64,000 bases of DNA from Amphiscolops sp. MND2022 (Eukaryota), in NCBI GenBank assembly GCA_964187785.1, contig OZ076409.1, forward strand, positions 84,198,001-84,262,000, in the 5' to 3' direction. The position numbers and the translations under genes were made by a program. Each line of letters opens with the position of its first letter. Positions within the stretch are counted from its first letter, which is position 1. Shown here in pieces: positions 51,742-64,000 of this stretch. The notes beneath the pieces are model-generated. The model did not search any database. It saw nothing but the letters and a program-made list of their open reading frames with translations, and had not been told where the DNA came from.

Positions 51742-51755
51742 AAAAAGGGGGGGAA
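51742..51755 (+). promoter_or_regulatory. Polypurine tract
   Basis: AAAAAGGGGGGGAA immediately before the 3' LTR. Confidence 0.92.
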
Positions 51756-52893
51756 TGTCATGCCTGCCAAGCATGAAGGAAATAAATGAACCCTAAAATA
51801 CCAATTCATACATCAAACTCCCTAAAATACAAATCATCATGTAAATACATTACAGTAATTTAATTGCCGAACAATACAGTTGAACACATAACGACTGAAA
51901 CCAACAATCATCCATTCATGTTATTGTGCATCGTTTAAACATCCATCCATGTTATTGTGCATCGTTTAAAAACCAGGACTGGAATATCCAGTCATTGCAG
52001 ATGATTTATACATGTACGACTGAAACAATCAGTCATCAGCTATCGTGATGGTGCATCATTTAACCATTGTTTTTTACACTTTTTATATTACATGTAAAGT
52101 ATTACTAGAATACTCAATCATTTCACAACATTTCGTCTATTTATATCAGTAATTAGTGCAGTATCCATTAGTAAATTACTTCAAAACGATATTTAAAGCA
52201 GTCACTATGATGATAAGGATACACGGTAGTAAAGCCTCAGTTTAAGAGGTAATTGAGTTAATCGAACACGGAAATGACTGGTGCTTGCGGTCATACTACA
52301 TCAAACAAGAGTAATTAAACACCTATTATCACCCGCGACGACTGGTAGTTGCAGTCGTCAAGTGCAATTAAACAACAATTAGTAGATTGAACGTCATTGG
52401 CTAAAAGGGAAGGTGCTAACACACTTTTATAATTACTCAATCGGGCAATACCGAACAGACACGAATTGTAACTTCTGACGATACAAGTTGCTTACTACCG
52501 TACCTTGAAATCATCAATTCTTACTTAAACCTAACACACTTCAATTCAAACTTAAAGTCTCCATCTTGTTTATGGTAACTACCAGATCTCAAAGTAATCA
52601 AAATAGACAGACAGAAAACGGAACTATGGACAGGTCAAGCGATAGTGAAAACGAAACTAGTTTCCCTGATGTCTTATCGAGAGATCAAATTGCTGACCTT
52701 GACTCTGAGGACGTATTAACCAGGCGTCAGAATAACAATAACTATGACATAGATTATCGGTTTAACGAAATAAATAGACAAATCGGAGACCTTACGGACA
52801 TTGTACTTAGTTTAACTAATCAGTTAGCCTCCGTTAATGGAGAAGGGAACAGACTTAATGCGGTTACTACCAATACCAACAGTCGTTCCGACA
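51756..52893 (+). repeat. 3' LTR (contains a duplicate of the first 107 gag codons)
   Basis: Same length and sequence as the 5' LTR; ORF 52566-52898 repeats the gag N-terminus. Confidence 0.95.
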
Positions 52894-52975
52894 GATAGTC
52901 GCTAGTATGAGAGTCGCTACGTTCTTTGCAGACCACCGGTGTGTGTCTTCTCCCCCCAACATGATGATACACATG

Positions 52976-53175
52976 NNNNNNNNNNNNNNNNNNNNNNNNN
53001 NNNNNNNNNNNNNNNNNNNNNNNNNNNNNNNNNNNNNNNNNNNNNNNNNNNNNNNNNNNNNNNNNNNNNNNNNNNNNNNNNNNNNNNNNNNNNNNNNNNN
53101 NNNNNNNNNNNNNNNNNNNNNNNNNNNNNNNNNNNNNNNNNNNNNNNNNNNNNNNNNNNNNNNNNNNNNNNNNNN
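52976..53175. other. Assembly gap (200 N)
   Basis: N run. Confidence 1.
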
Positions 53176-53658
53176 AGACATAGTGTCTTAAATACACCAC
53201 ATCTCAGTTACTTAGACTAAATTTCAGATGTTTTTGTTGAGCTATCGGCCTAGAAAATGGTATTTTTTGAGGGGAACCTGCACTTCGCCATTCTCTGTGC
53301 TCGTCGTCGAGAAAGCGGCACAGGGCTAAACTAAAACTTTATTGAAATATATGAGCATGTGCAGTGTCAATGAACGGTCCCCTGGAATCATTTGAAAAAA
53401 CACGAGGCATGCAATTAATGCATAGTAAAAAATTCCGCAAGATAAAAATGGATCAAGTACACATTAGAACTTTCCCTCTTCAGTGACTGCACTAACAGTT
53501 TTCAACTGGATTGAACCTTCCCAAAGTCCTACATCCTCTCAGACAAAGTATAGAGCTTCTGAGGAGAGTAAAGTTTGAGTTTTGCGCGGATGTAGTTCAT
53601 AGTGTAATCGTATGACTCATCGTGTTTTTCGCTAGTCTTTTCGGGTAGTCGTTGAACC

Positions 53659-54211
53659 GGTTACCAGTCACTTGGCTTAATACCATTTGGCTTAATTTTT
53701 CGTCGAGTCATTTGGCTTAAAAATTTTAAGCCAAGTGACCACAAAATTAAGCCAACTCCATTCCAACTCAAGGAATAAATATGTCATTTCCCGGAAATAT
53801 CATGTGGGGCATATGCGGTGTATGCACGCTCGCCCTCACCGTCGCAAAGACCAGCTCCCACTACGATCGCTTCGCGATCTTCGTTCCCGCTAGGTCTTTG
53901 CTCCTGTTCGACCTCGCTTAGCAAGATGGGAATATAAGCGGCCCCAAGGGGCCGCAGGGCACTAGAGGAAATGGGGACATATCCGAGGGGTACTTGATAT
54001 GACATGTTATAATAATACGCTAACTTCGTTATAAAGATGAATTCGACAAAATCTGCCACGTGTTTTCAACTAAGTGGTTTTAAGTCAAATGACTTTAAGC
54101 CAAGTGACCAATACTCGAGACACTTGGCTTAAAAAAATTAAGCCAAGTGACCAATTGTATTAAGCCAAATGACTTTAAGCCAAATGGCATTAAGCCAAGT
54201 GACCATTTACC
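53659..54211. mobile_element. MITE with cacttggcttaa / ttaagccaagtg arms and 8-9 bp TSD
   Basis: Flanking direct repeat (c)gttgaacc at 53650-53658 and 54211-54219; inverted subrepeat arms; no real ORF. Confidence 0.8.
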
Positions 54212-54629
54212 GTTGAACCACGTACTAGTCGGAAATTACAGCGCTCCCCTTTGCAGAAAATAGCGGGACAAAACATTTCGTCGCAATTTTCATTTGTGGT
54301 TCAAATAGAAAATTTTTGAAATATATTGAAAGCGTCAGTTAGCCTAATTGTTGTGATAGGCTTGTTGAATAGCTTCAGAGATGGCAATGATTTGAATTTG
54401 AGACTGGACAACATCTCTGAGGCTGTTTTGTTGGTTTGTCGCTGCACTTGGGCTGGAAGAACCATCACAACCCAGTGAGATCATTCCATTTATATTTTTT
54501 TCTATCAATTCAAGGTTTTTTTCATACACGGATTGCATCACTACTGTTGTGATTGTTTTCTTTGGGGAGATTGGCACACACCCAAATGTGGTATTCCTGC
54601 AATTGGTTAGGTTTCGAGGTTGACTTGTG

Positions 54630-57600
54630 ATGAAAAACAACGAAACCTATAACGCTCTGAAGTGTCTGAAGCCCTCAGGGTTGATAGACTGGGTAAAATG
54701 TAGGCTTTGCAATGGACTGGTTCATATAAAATGCGCCAATTTATCCAAAACGGAGGCCCTGAGACTTGCCGAATTTAAATAATGTAGACGCTCTTTAGTG
54801 AACACAATCCCTCAGTGTCACGATGATATCTTTAGACCAGACACCATTTTTATATCACGCGTTGCTCAGTTGAAAAGAGTTCCTAAAAATTCCCGGCTCC
54901 CCCTAGCTGAAAAAGACCTGAAATTAATGATATTCGCGAAACCCCGACAAATATTGCCTTGTGGCGCGTATTGCCCTCCTCTCTACGCTGTTTTTCGGAA
55001 AAACCATTTCGAGGAGGTAAACATCAGAAGTCATCAATCAGTGGAATATTCAACAAGCGTATTCGGAATGGTGTCATTATAAAAAGACCGAAATGCGACA
55101 GAAAACCGCAGCAAAAAAGCGAGTTAGATTGACGACTGCGTTCAATTTGCACTAAATTAGAGGATCGTAATGTTCAGAATGGCGGTAGGCGACGACAAGA
55201 TTGCAGATTTCACGGTCGACATCTACGCGGCTTTCAAGCTGAAACATCCGCAAAGGGAAACTTGCTCTGTTCCGGACCCCAGAGATATCGATGGTTTTTC
55301 AACATCGGAGTGTTTCGTCCACAAGGCTCTCATGTCCTTCCCCAATGGCTCTAGTGCAGGGTTGTATGGCATTTCGTCCCAAGTTTTGAAAGATTTGACT
55401 GCCAAGTCGAACGGGCAAACCGGACTGAATTTTCTCTGAGCCTTAACAAATCTTATCTGTTAGGCAAAATTGAATGTGATTCTCGAAGGAAAGTTACCTT
55501 TCGAACTTCGGCCGTACTTCTTTGGTGCGAAACTAATTGCGCTGAAAAAACCCGATGGAGGACTTCGTCCTATCGCTGTAGGCAATAATTTCCGCTGGTT
55601 ATCCGCAAAATGCGCCGGATACCATGTCTTCGAATCACGTCAAGCAAGATACGGTAGCCGACAAGTATGTGTAGGCACCAAAAGGGGCACTGAATTGGCA
55701 TCACATGTTTCCCGTTGTTTGATAGAATGCCCCCAGACCAAAGAAAACATAATTTTGAAAATTGACTTCGAAAACGCTTTCAATTCGATTAACCGACAAT
55801 TCATGATAGAGAAAACTTTTGAAATACACCCTAAAGTTTATAAGTACTCACACTCGGCTTACAGTCAACCAAGTTTTCTTTTTTTTGCGGTGATTCAGTA
55901 ATCAAATCTTGTGAAGGGACCCAGCATTGAGATGATCCTGAGTCTCCAGCTTTGTTTTTGGATTCCATTCAGGATATAATTGACAGTTTGGAGTCGAAAT
56001 AAAACTTATGGTACCTTGACGATGGAAATTTAAGTGACGATTGCAGAAACGTTTTGAAAGATCTCAAAAAATTGTTGAAGCCTAAAAAACGCCTAGACTC
56101 AGAATTAAACCCACGAAATATGAAATTTTTTCCTCGAGGACACCACTGAAAAACGCCGATCGACAATTTTGGCATCTTTCCAAAAATTTTGCCACGGGTT
56201 CAAAACACCAAATAAAGATTAACTTATCCTTCTTGTATCACTTCTCGGTCCGAATTCACAAGCAGACTTACTGTAAAAAAATCAATGAACTAGAAAAAGT
56301 TAATGGAATTGTTGAAAAGCTAGATGCGCACTATGGTTTGTTTATGTTGAAAAATTGCTTCAGTCTGCCAAAGTTGTTTTACTTCCTGAGAACCAGTACA
56401 TTGTTTAATCACCCAGCTCTCTTGAAAAGGTATGACAAAACCGTACGCGAAGGGCTTTCCAAAGCGTGTAACATAAACTTCGACGATATTTCGAGTACTC
56501 CGCTGGCTCTGCCCGCTGGAATGGGTGGTCTTGGGGTGTCATCCATGTCATTATTACCACTTCCCGCCTTTTTGGCATCAGCTTTTGATGCGAGTGACTT
56601 TCTCACGACAATTTTCTCGGAAACATTCGTAGATGTTTCGTTCACAAAGGCGCTTGAGAAATGGTTGAGTTTGACGAATGAACAGGAAAGTCCTCTCGAT
56701 GGAACCCAGAAAAATTGGACACAACCTGTCTTCATCAGAACCGCCCACGAATTGATTTCTAGAATGGATGACAAACGTTCAAATGTTTTCAACGCTCATC
56801 AAGGCAAATTCGGGTCTCAATGGCTGAACGTCGTTCCTTGTAAAAACCTAGGCCTGAAATTTGATGATCAGCAACTTCGGATTTCAATTGGTTTACGTCT
56901 CGGAGACAACATTTGCGTTGCGCATACGTGCCACTGTGGTAAACGAGTTGAACAAGACGGTTTACACGGTCATTTTTGCACCAAGAGTGCTAGTCGCTTC
57001 TCACGTCATGATACTCTCAATTCTCTCATAAAGCAGACGTTTTGATCTCTCGACTTGCCTTCAATGCTCGAACAGCGTGGACTGTACCGAACAGATGGCA
57101 AACGCCCAGACGGTGTTACCATGATTCCTTGGGAAATGGCTAAACAGTTAGCGTGGGATGTCACGGTTGTGGATGCTCTTGCACCCAGTCGCCTGAAACA
57201 AGGCTCTTTATGCAACCCGGAAACCACCGCCACCGAGGCTGAAGTGCGTAAAATTGAGAAGTATCGCGAATTAACAGACAATGGATACATTTTTCAACCG
57301 GTGGCATTGGAAGTACAGGGTTCTTTAGGCGAAAGCAGTAAAATTTTCATCACGCGTCTCTGTAAAATGCTCTGTCGTTCGCACGACGATCAACGAGCTG
57401 GCAGTTTTTTGAAGCAGCGGATTTCAATGGCTCTTCAGACCGGCAATGCGGCCTGTGTTCTAGGAACTGTGAGCGACAGAGATGCGTTCGAAGAAATTTA
57501 TTACATATAGTTTATTTTTTAAAAAACCTCTTTATCATTGCTGTTTTAAAAATTTCTGCCAGTCGACTGGGATAGTGGCTGGTATGAGTAGTTTGTTGGT

Positions 57601-57707
57601 TGGTTTTTTTGTTACTGGTCTACAGGGATAGTGGCTAGTATGTGGTTCCTTACGTTCGTTGCAGACCACGGGTGTGTGTCTTCTCCCCCAACATGATGAT
57701 ACACATG
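54630..57707 (+). mobile_element. CRE-like non-LTR retrotransposon (RT plus restriction-like endonuclease), decayed
   Basis: KKPDGGLRPIAVG, LKIDFENAFNSI, WYLDDG, CHC..H..C knuckle, RHD..N, KRPDG, LAWDVTV, KIEKY, FQPVALE..G; many stops and frameshifts. Confidence 0.88.
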
Positions 57708-57899
57708 TCACTTGATTGATGACGAGGATCCATGATATCTGATAGAGGGGAAAAACGGAAAGTTTATTGTATTCTTTTGTATGTCTTCCAACTGAAGCTG
57801 TGAATACTGAAAATAATTACGCACATGAATTTTTCCCAACCTTACCTAGAGACCTCTGATTACTGGACTCTTGTTTCCGATATGTTGAACAATCTAACC

Positions 57900-58860
57900 T
57901 CAGAAATTCAAGTTCGCTAACGAAGGAAACCTACTAGTGACAGAAGACACTAAAACGCAAGTCTATCTGAACTGTGAGTTGATTCTCAAACAATTGGAAA
58001 GTTGGTGCAAAAATGGAGGATCGCAGTCAATGGTGACAAGACGTCAATCGAGTTAGGTCCAGTTTGTAGAATACCAGTTTGTAGAATTCTACAAACTGGT
58101 CGTATGTGGTCGTTTGTAGATTTTTTTCTAGAAACTGGATCATTGAATGCTACAAACTAGATCATAAAAATTTACAAACTGGCGATCCTTCACACACGAT
58201 CCTGAGAGCTCCACCGCCTAAGATCGAAAGGAATAACATCTAAAAAGTGAAAGGTGGGGCATGTCTTGTGTATGCACGCTCGCCCTCACCATCTCAAAAA
58301 CCAGGTCCCACTACGATCGCTTCGCACTCTCCGTTCCCGCTAGGTCTTTGCTCCAGTTCGACCTCGCTTAGCAAGATTGGAACATAAGCGGCCCCAAGGG
58401 ACCGTGAGGCACTAGAGGAAATGGGGACATATCCGAGCCACGTTGTTTTTTTTGCATCATTCCTGCATTATTGGTCTTATCGTTTTTCTTTGATTCCAGG
58501 TTTCTACAAACTGGTTTTCTACAAACTGGACCTAACCAGTTTGTAGAATACCATTTTGTTGAATCCAAATTGTAGAAAAAACTTCTACAGACTGGACCTC
58601 ACTTTTTTACAAACTGGATTATACAAACTGGTTTTCTACAAACTGGTTCTATACCCGTCAATCATCTACTGCAACTCTGAGAACACGCTTGCTCTAAAAA
58701 CTTTCGGAGAGGCCTGTAAGGTCACCGGAAACACAAAAATCATCGGTTGGATCATGGACAACAAACTGAATTTCAACGAATACATAAAGCAAGCAGAAGG
58801 GAACGTTGCTAAACAGCTGAATACATTCCAATACATTTCGCTCAAGCTTATCCTAGGTAC
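57900..58860 (+). pseudogene. LINE RT fragment split by a MITE
   Basis: KFANEGNLLV...LKQLESWCKKWRIAVNGDKT (57908-58043) continues as SIIYCN...TKIIGWIMDNKLNFNEYI after 58656. Confidence 0.65.
58050..58655. mobile_element. MITE with ccagtttgtagaa / ttctacaaactgg arms and 8-bp TSD
   Basis: cgtcaatc at 58042-58049 and 58656-58663; inverted subrepeat arms. Confidence 0.8.
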
Positions 58861-59754
58861 AACTTCGAAGTTCAACCAGTTCGCAGCAGAAATACCATGC
58901 GGTCTCCCATTGCGATAATACTACAATTGAATATGAAATCAAGCTTTCTCAACACAAGGACACTAGTGGAAAAATGTATCATCAGCCTAATTGTTGTGAT
59001 AAACCTATTAAATTGTTTCCGGTTGTGATGGTAACCAAGAGGAATCAACATCGTCCTTCAAATGTGGAAGTTGCAAAAAGGTCGTGAAAGAAGTCGACAA
59101 AACTGGCCTAGCGTGTTATTTATTTAACTTGATTCATCACACTTTTATCTAGGATTATATACTGTGGTACTAAAACGCTAATAACAGTGGATTTGGCTAA
59201 CTGTAGATCTTTTCGGATACTCATTTTACAAAAAAGTCTCAGGTACAAAAATTTATCAAATTTCGATTGAAAAAGCAACGGTATTTCTTCGTTTTGAAAG
59301 CAAACCAAGATTTGATAAGTTATATCGCATTGTTCTCCCACAAATTTCGGAAATTTTCTGAACTTTATTGATCAATATCTGAGAAAAAACTGGTGTTTAG
59401 AAAACCCTCCTCCAATAATTTTTGTAGCTGTGACACCGTTTCTTGACTTTCATATTTAAACTTTTTTAACATTTAATTTTTCTGAGAATGAAAATAAGAA
59501 TGAACAGCCAAAAACATTTGTGATTTCGTCGAAACAATATTTTTACGCGGTAAAATTTGAAGATTTCACACTTTGTCACTTTGTGATCCCTTTTTGCAAA
59601 ATGTTGCCATCATCCAACTTCGAAGGAGAGCGTTTCCAAAAAAGTTGTTTTTAAAAAATAGAGATCTGAATCAAAGGTTCAAAGTTTGTCGGAAACACCT
59701 TTTGTTAAAAACAACGGTTCTTGAGTTATTGCATGCCTGGTCGAGAAAAAAAAC

Positions 59755-60630
59755 ATCTTGCAAGAATCTTTCAAGACAATCATGAAAAATTTAAACCTTC
59801 CAAGATTCTGGCAGAAAAGGCAAATCTTGCAAGTATCTGACAGAAAAGTCACATCTTGCAAGCATCTTGCAAGAATCTTGAAAGACTTGCATCGTCAAGA
59901 AAAATTTCTTCCAAGATTTACATCACTATGTAGACAAAAGTTCTGCTGCAAATTGAGAAGTTTCTATGGCCGTGAACATAAAGCATTAAAACAGATACAA
60001 AGCTCAAAACCACCTCTCTATAATTGGGATTTCAAACATCGCACAAAAAATTGTGCTTCAACGGCTCTGATTCAATGATCACTGGAATTGCATCTAACTG
60101 TATCGCATGAACTCCAAACAGAAAAGACAATTTTTTAGCATTGAACCCTTTTCCGTTCTGAAGGGTATAACTGTTTCAATTGCCAAAATATCTTGAGGAG
60201 GGGCAGCCTATGAGAAAGATTCTTGCAAGATGACAGAAATCTTGCAAGAATCTTACAAGATGACACAAATCTTGCAAGATTCTTGCAAGAAATCTGCCAA
60301 GTTAATGCATTCACTTGCAAGATCTTGCAAGAATGTCTGCCAGAATCTTTCAAGATTTTGTGTTTTGTCCCAACCAGAGATGATATATTTCCAAAAAAAA
60401 AACAAAAATACCAAAATTAGTGATGATTTTTGTTAGTGAATACCAAAATTAGTGATGACACAAATCTTGCAAGATTCTTGCAAGAAATCTGCCAAGTTAA
60501 TGCATTCACTTGCAAGATCTTGCAAGAATGTCTGCCAGAATCTTACAAGATTTTGTGTTTTGTCCCAACCAGGGATGATTTATTTCCAAAAAAAAACAAA
60601 AATACCAAAATTAGTGATGATTTTTGTTAG
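59755..60630. repeat. CTTGCAAG palindromic-octamer-rich repeat with a tandem duplication of about 170 bp (about 60259-60435 and 60454-60630)
   Basis: Many tcttgcaaga copies; near-identical duplicated block. Confidence 0.8.
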
Positions 60631-60956
60631 CTAATAACTTTTGCGTGAGTTCAAAACAAAAAGTTTTTTTGTACTCCTGATTGAAGTTTGAGCAAGTTTT
60701 GCTCCGATGACTTTTGTGTCTATTGATTATTTACAAAATTATTGCGATTTGAGATTTGAAATCATGTTTTTTTTTAGCTTTTTAGTACCCTAGTGTATGT
60801 GCCTTTGAGGTTTTAAACTTGAATAGTGTCAATGAACGGCAATGATGTAGATTTTAATTTTCTCTACTTATTGCATGCAGCCTAATTCAATTTTTATAAG
60901 TTCAATAGTGGTTCGTAATTCCAGTGTAACAATAAAGTTAGATACAAAGTTTGGTG

Positions 60957-61300
60957 TTAATAAGCCGGAGGCATAAAGTCATTTTCATCTTGCATCTCAG
61001 TTGACGGTTTTTTGGTTCCCCGTTTTCCCGTAGCTTTGCAGAACAATTTTCCCTCCTTCAAGTAATGGTATGAGCATTCACAATAAGGCGCCCCGCATTT
61101 CACATGCACTGGGTGCTTTTTCGATGAATTTTGCATGAGTTTCGATATTTCAGGCAGGTTTTCCTCAGTCAGCTGCATGGTACGACTTTGTTCTGCGTCA
61201 TTGTATCCGTCATAGTTCGACTCTTTGCACGGACAGCAAGTCTTGACACGTTTTTGATCGGAATCCACGCAATCGTAATTTTGCATACTACCATTTGAGC
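60957..61300 (-). CDS. Putative terminal exon of a small Cys-rich protein
   Basis: Acceptor ttttttAG at 61302-61301, open frame with 8 Cys ending in TAA; possible upstream exon with GTAAGT donor near 61515 carries a stop in the matching phase. Confidence 0.4.
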
Positions 61301-63724
61301 CTAAAAAATGACATTTCGACTTTTCTTAGATTTATTATTCCAGTATGATTTTATATAAGTTATAGAAAAATTATGCTCTAAACTAGTTGAAAAGACCGCT
61401 TTGGTACTAGAAAATGTTTTTAGGTTGTGTTGTTAACAACTATCCTCGGAAACTTGCAAAATCGGAAAAATTAGAAAAAGATGAAGAAAATGGGAAATCA
61501 TTTTTTAGAACTTACCGACATTTCAGAGCCGCACCAAATTTAGAACAGTGCATAAAAATAGCAGTTTAGAACCAAAAATGGAATCATGATTAATTCAGCA
61601 GTTGATAAAAATCAATCCATTAGCCCATTCGAATTGCTGATTTTTCAAGCAAAGTTTTAAATTTCACTTTAGAGCAGATTATTTGGTCGTATTTCTTTCG
61701 CCCTTTCAAGCGCTGAACTTTTGTTAACAATTAACCTACAGTAACAGCAAGTACAGATATGAATTTGTTGAAAAATTACTTAAATCGGACAAAAGCGAAG
61801 GAATATGAAAAACTCAATTATCTCTAATCTGATGTTTACTAACCACCTGGCGCCTGTGAATCCACTTTTGACATCCTTCTGAAATAAAATGTCGAAAAGA
61901 GATTTGTAAGCAACTCAAAGGTAGCAAGATATTGAAATCTCATTCAACGTGGTCTATTTCATTCAGTTCTATCAAAATCTGAAGCCCGCAAACGCCGATC
62001 AAAGGTTTTAATGCACTACTAGTTTAGTAAACGAAAGCCTTTCGGTTTAGGATGAAAAAGATTCAAGAGCCATAAAGAATTGCAAGTGCTTTTGAGTATC
62101 TAATTTTTTTCTTACAGAAACATTTTCAAAAAGAGAAAATGGTTTAAAAATCGGCAAATGCACATTTTAGATTTCAATGATGAAAAGAAAGCGGCTGATT
62201 GTATACAAAACTTCATCCCTGTAAAACATTTGCGCAATTAGAGGGATCAAAAGATCCAAACGTTGTCATGAATACATTTGAGAGGATCTGCAAATACTGC
62301 TACGATAGTTTGCAGTTTCACAAAAACATGGTGTGTTTCCAGAAAACTTCTTTCAAATGATAACAAAAAAGGTAATGAACTCACACTCATAGATTGCTTT
62401 GAAAGGTTGAATTATCCGGGATTAAAAAATTTCCAGGATTTTATAGTAACGATTTTAAATAAGGTCGAAATGAGTGAGCATTTAATCAAGAATACGCATA
62501 CTTGAAGTGTCCTACTTAAATGTAGGAGCGAAGCGAAATGCAACTACGTGCGACTATTTGACCGGTTGCAAGTTTTGGCGAATGTCGACCTGAAAGGACC
62601 CAAAGCGCCCTAGGAAAAGAATGGCTGAGTCTTACTACAAACTCTACTTTCGAAGTTCAAGTCAGAGTCACGTTTTGATCTTGCATAATTCGATCCTGAA
62701 CCCATCAACTGCAAACAGAAGATTGCTGTCCAGAGTTGGAATATGCAAGCTCGAAAAGAGTGCAAAATTAGTTATCTGGGATCGAATTGTGACTTGATTT
62801 ATCTAGGATCGAAGATGTGAAGCTTTGATTACAATTACACCATACCTATACTGCCATAATTGCAGGAGCGAAGCGAAGCGGAGCGATGTGCCACTACTTG
62901 ACCTGTGGCAAGTTTTGGTGCAGGCGCAAAAAGGGAGGTCGAATCATACAACCATTTTTGGTTTTTAAACATCTAGTAAAATTAGCATTTTCCATACTGT
63001 AAAATATAATCCTATATAAAATGACTCTAGCGAGGCAATTCCTAAATAGTTTGGGTTCAATTCTGGATTCCTGATATTTCGATTCTAGATAAGCAATTTT
63101 GGTCTACTGATGGAATGGCTCTTACTTGTCTTCCTGCGGTTCGCCAGCATCTGAAACGATCGAAAGATTACCTTATAAGGAAATCATTTTTAAAATCCAA
63201 GCTTTTGTTCAGAGGACTGATCTGAAGAAACTACATTTCCCTGACAAAAAAGTTCAAACAGCAATAAAGTTTTACATATTCAATTCACACAAAAAATCCA
63301 CGGAGAAAAGGTTTTTCAAACAAGATTATTGGGATATGTTATGTAATATCTTGAAAACCCCTGTTCGTAGTCAGAAATGCCTGCAACAAACTTTGTAGTT
63401 TTGATTCTGATCTCTAACTTTTTCTGAAGACGCGCTCCTCATGAATTTACACTCGAAAATTTCCCAAAAGTGTTCAAAACAAAAGTTGAGGAACGGTGGC
63501 AAGGCTACATAATAACCCAGGGAGGTTTTCCTTCCGACTAGTCGTTTTTGAGATATTGCGTAAAAATTTCAAAAAATTCCGAAACCCTTCAAAATACCAC
63601 GTGCTATAAGTCTTAAAATTTCAATTCGACTGCGAAACAAAAGGTACTATTGCAATTCTATTCAAAACTTGAGCAACATTTGGACCTGAGATTTCTTGTA
63701 AAATGAATAGTTAAATTAAAAGAT

Positions 63725-63872
63725 TATGATTCTTTTTTGAACATTTACGTTTGTTTCCTAGCGTCTCGTTTGTTAAATAACGAAAGCTTTAGGAGTTTAA
63801 ACTCCTAAAGCTTTCGTTATTTAACAAACGATACGCTAGGAAACAAACGTAAATGTTCAAAAAAGAATCATA
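63725..63872. repeat. 148-bp spacerless palindrome
   Basis: 74-bp arms centred between 63798 and 63799, one mismatch, TA at both ends. Confidence 0.95.
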
Positions 63873-64000
63873 CTATTTTAATTGACACAGTTTTCAATTG
63901 ACACTGTTGAGATGCTGACTCCCAATCCAGGGGACTATTAGGTGAAACTTTCCGGCAGGTTCGACTTGGGTTGACACAGTTGAGATGCTGACTCCCAATC

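Larger units (their letters stand above)
37682..52893 (+). mobile_element. Full-length Ty3/gypsy LTR retrotransposon (15.2 kb) with an extra antisense spliced gene
   Basis: 1138-bp TG..CA LTRs at 37682-38819 and 51756-52893 with no differences seen by eye; PBS TGGTGACAGGAGT at 38820; PPT AAAAAGGGGGGGAA at 51742-51755; intact gag and PR-RT-RH-IN pol. Confidence 0.97.

Noticed and set aside
52566..52898. Second gag gene or tandem element
   Set aside because: Only the LTR-encoded gag start; no PBS follows and it stops right after the LTR.
54340..59002. 18-bp direct repeat agcctaattgttgtgata as TSD of the CRE-like element
   Set aside because: It does not abut the element ends and encloses unrelated LINE and MITE sequence.
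59755..60630. CRISPR-like array
   Set aside because: Eukaryotic context, irregular spacing, no unique spacers and no cas genes.

Overview
AT-rich, repeat-dense animal (invertebrate-type) genomic DNA with one assembly gap (N run 52976-53175). Host genes: a complete 6-exon class A (rhodopsin-like) GPCR (8689-14615, +, 498 aa by my splice reconstruction), probable exons of a phospholipase C-like gene at the left edge (-), and a small Cys-rich exon (-, about 61 kb). Mobile DNA dominates: a decayed GalEa-type Ty1/copia element with 106-bp LTRs (23444-28663, -), a decayed CRE-like RLE non-LTR element (about 54630-57707), LINE RT fragments, many Helentron/DINE-like non-autonomous repeats, piggyBac-type and other MITEs. 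The standout is an intact, apparently very young 15.2-kb Ty3/gypsy element (37682-52893, 1138-bp LTRs, gag starting inside the LTR, -1 frameshifted pol). Between pol and the 3' LTR it carries an antisense, intron-containing gene of about 1150 aa. By eye this protein looks like a hAT-superfamily DNA transposase that kept its BED-like zinc finger but lost its DDE catalytic residues. All homology calls come from motif recognition, not database searches.
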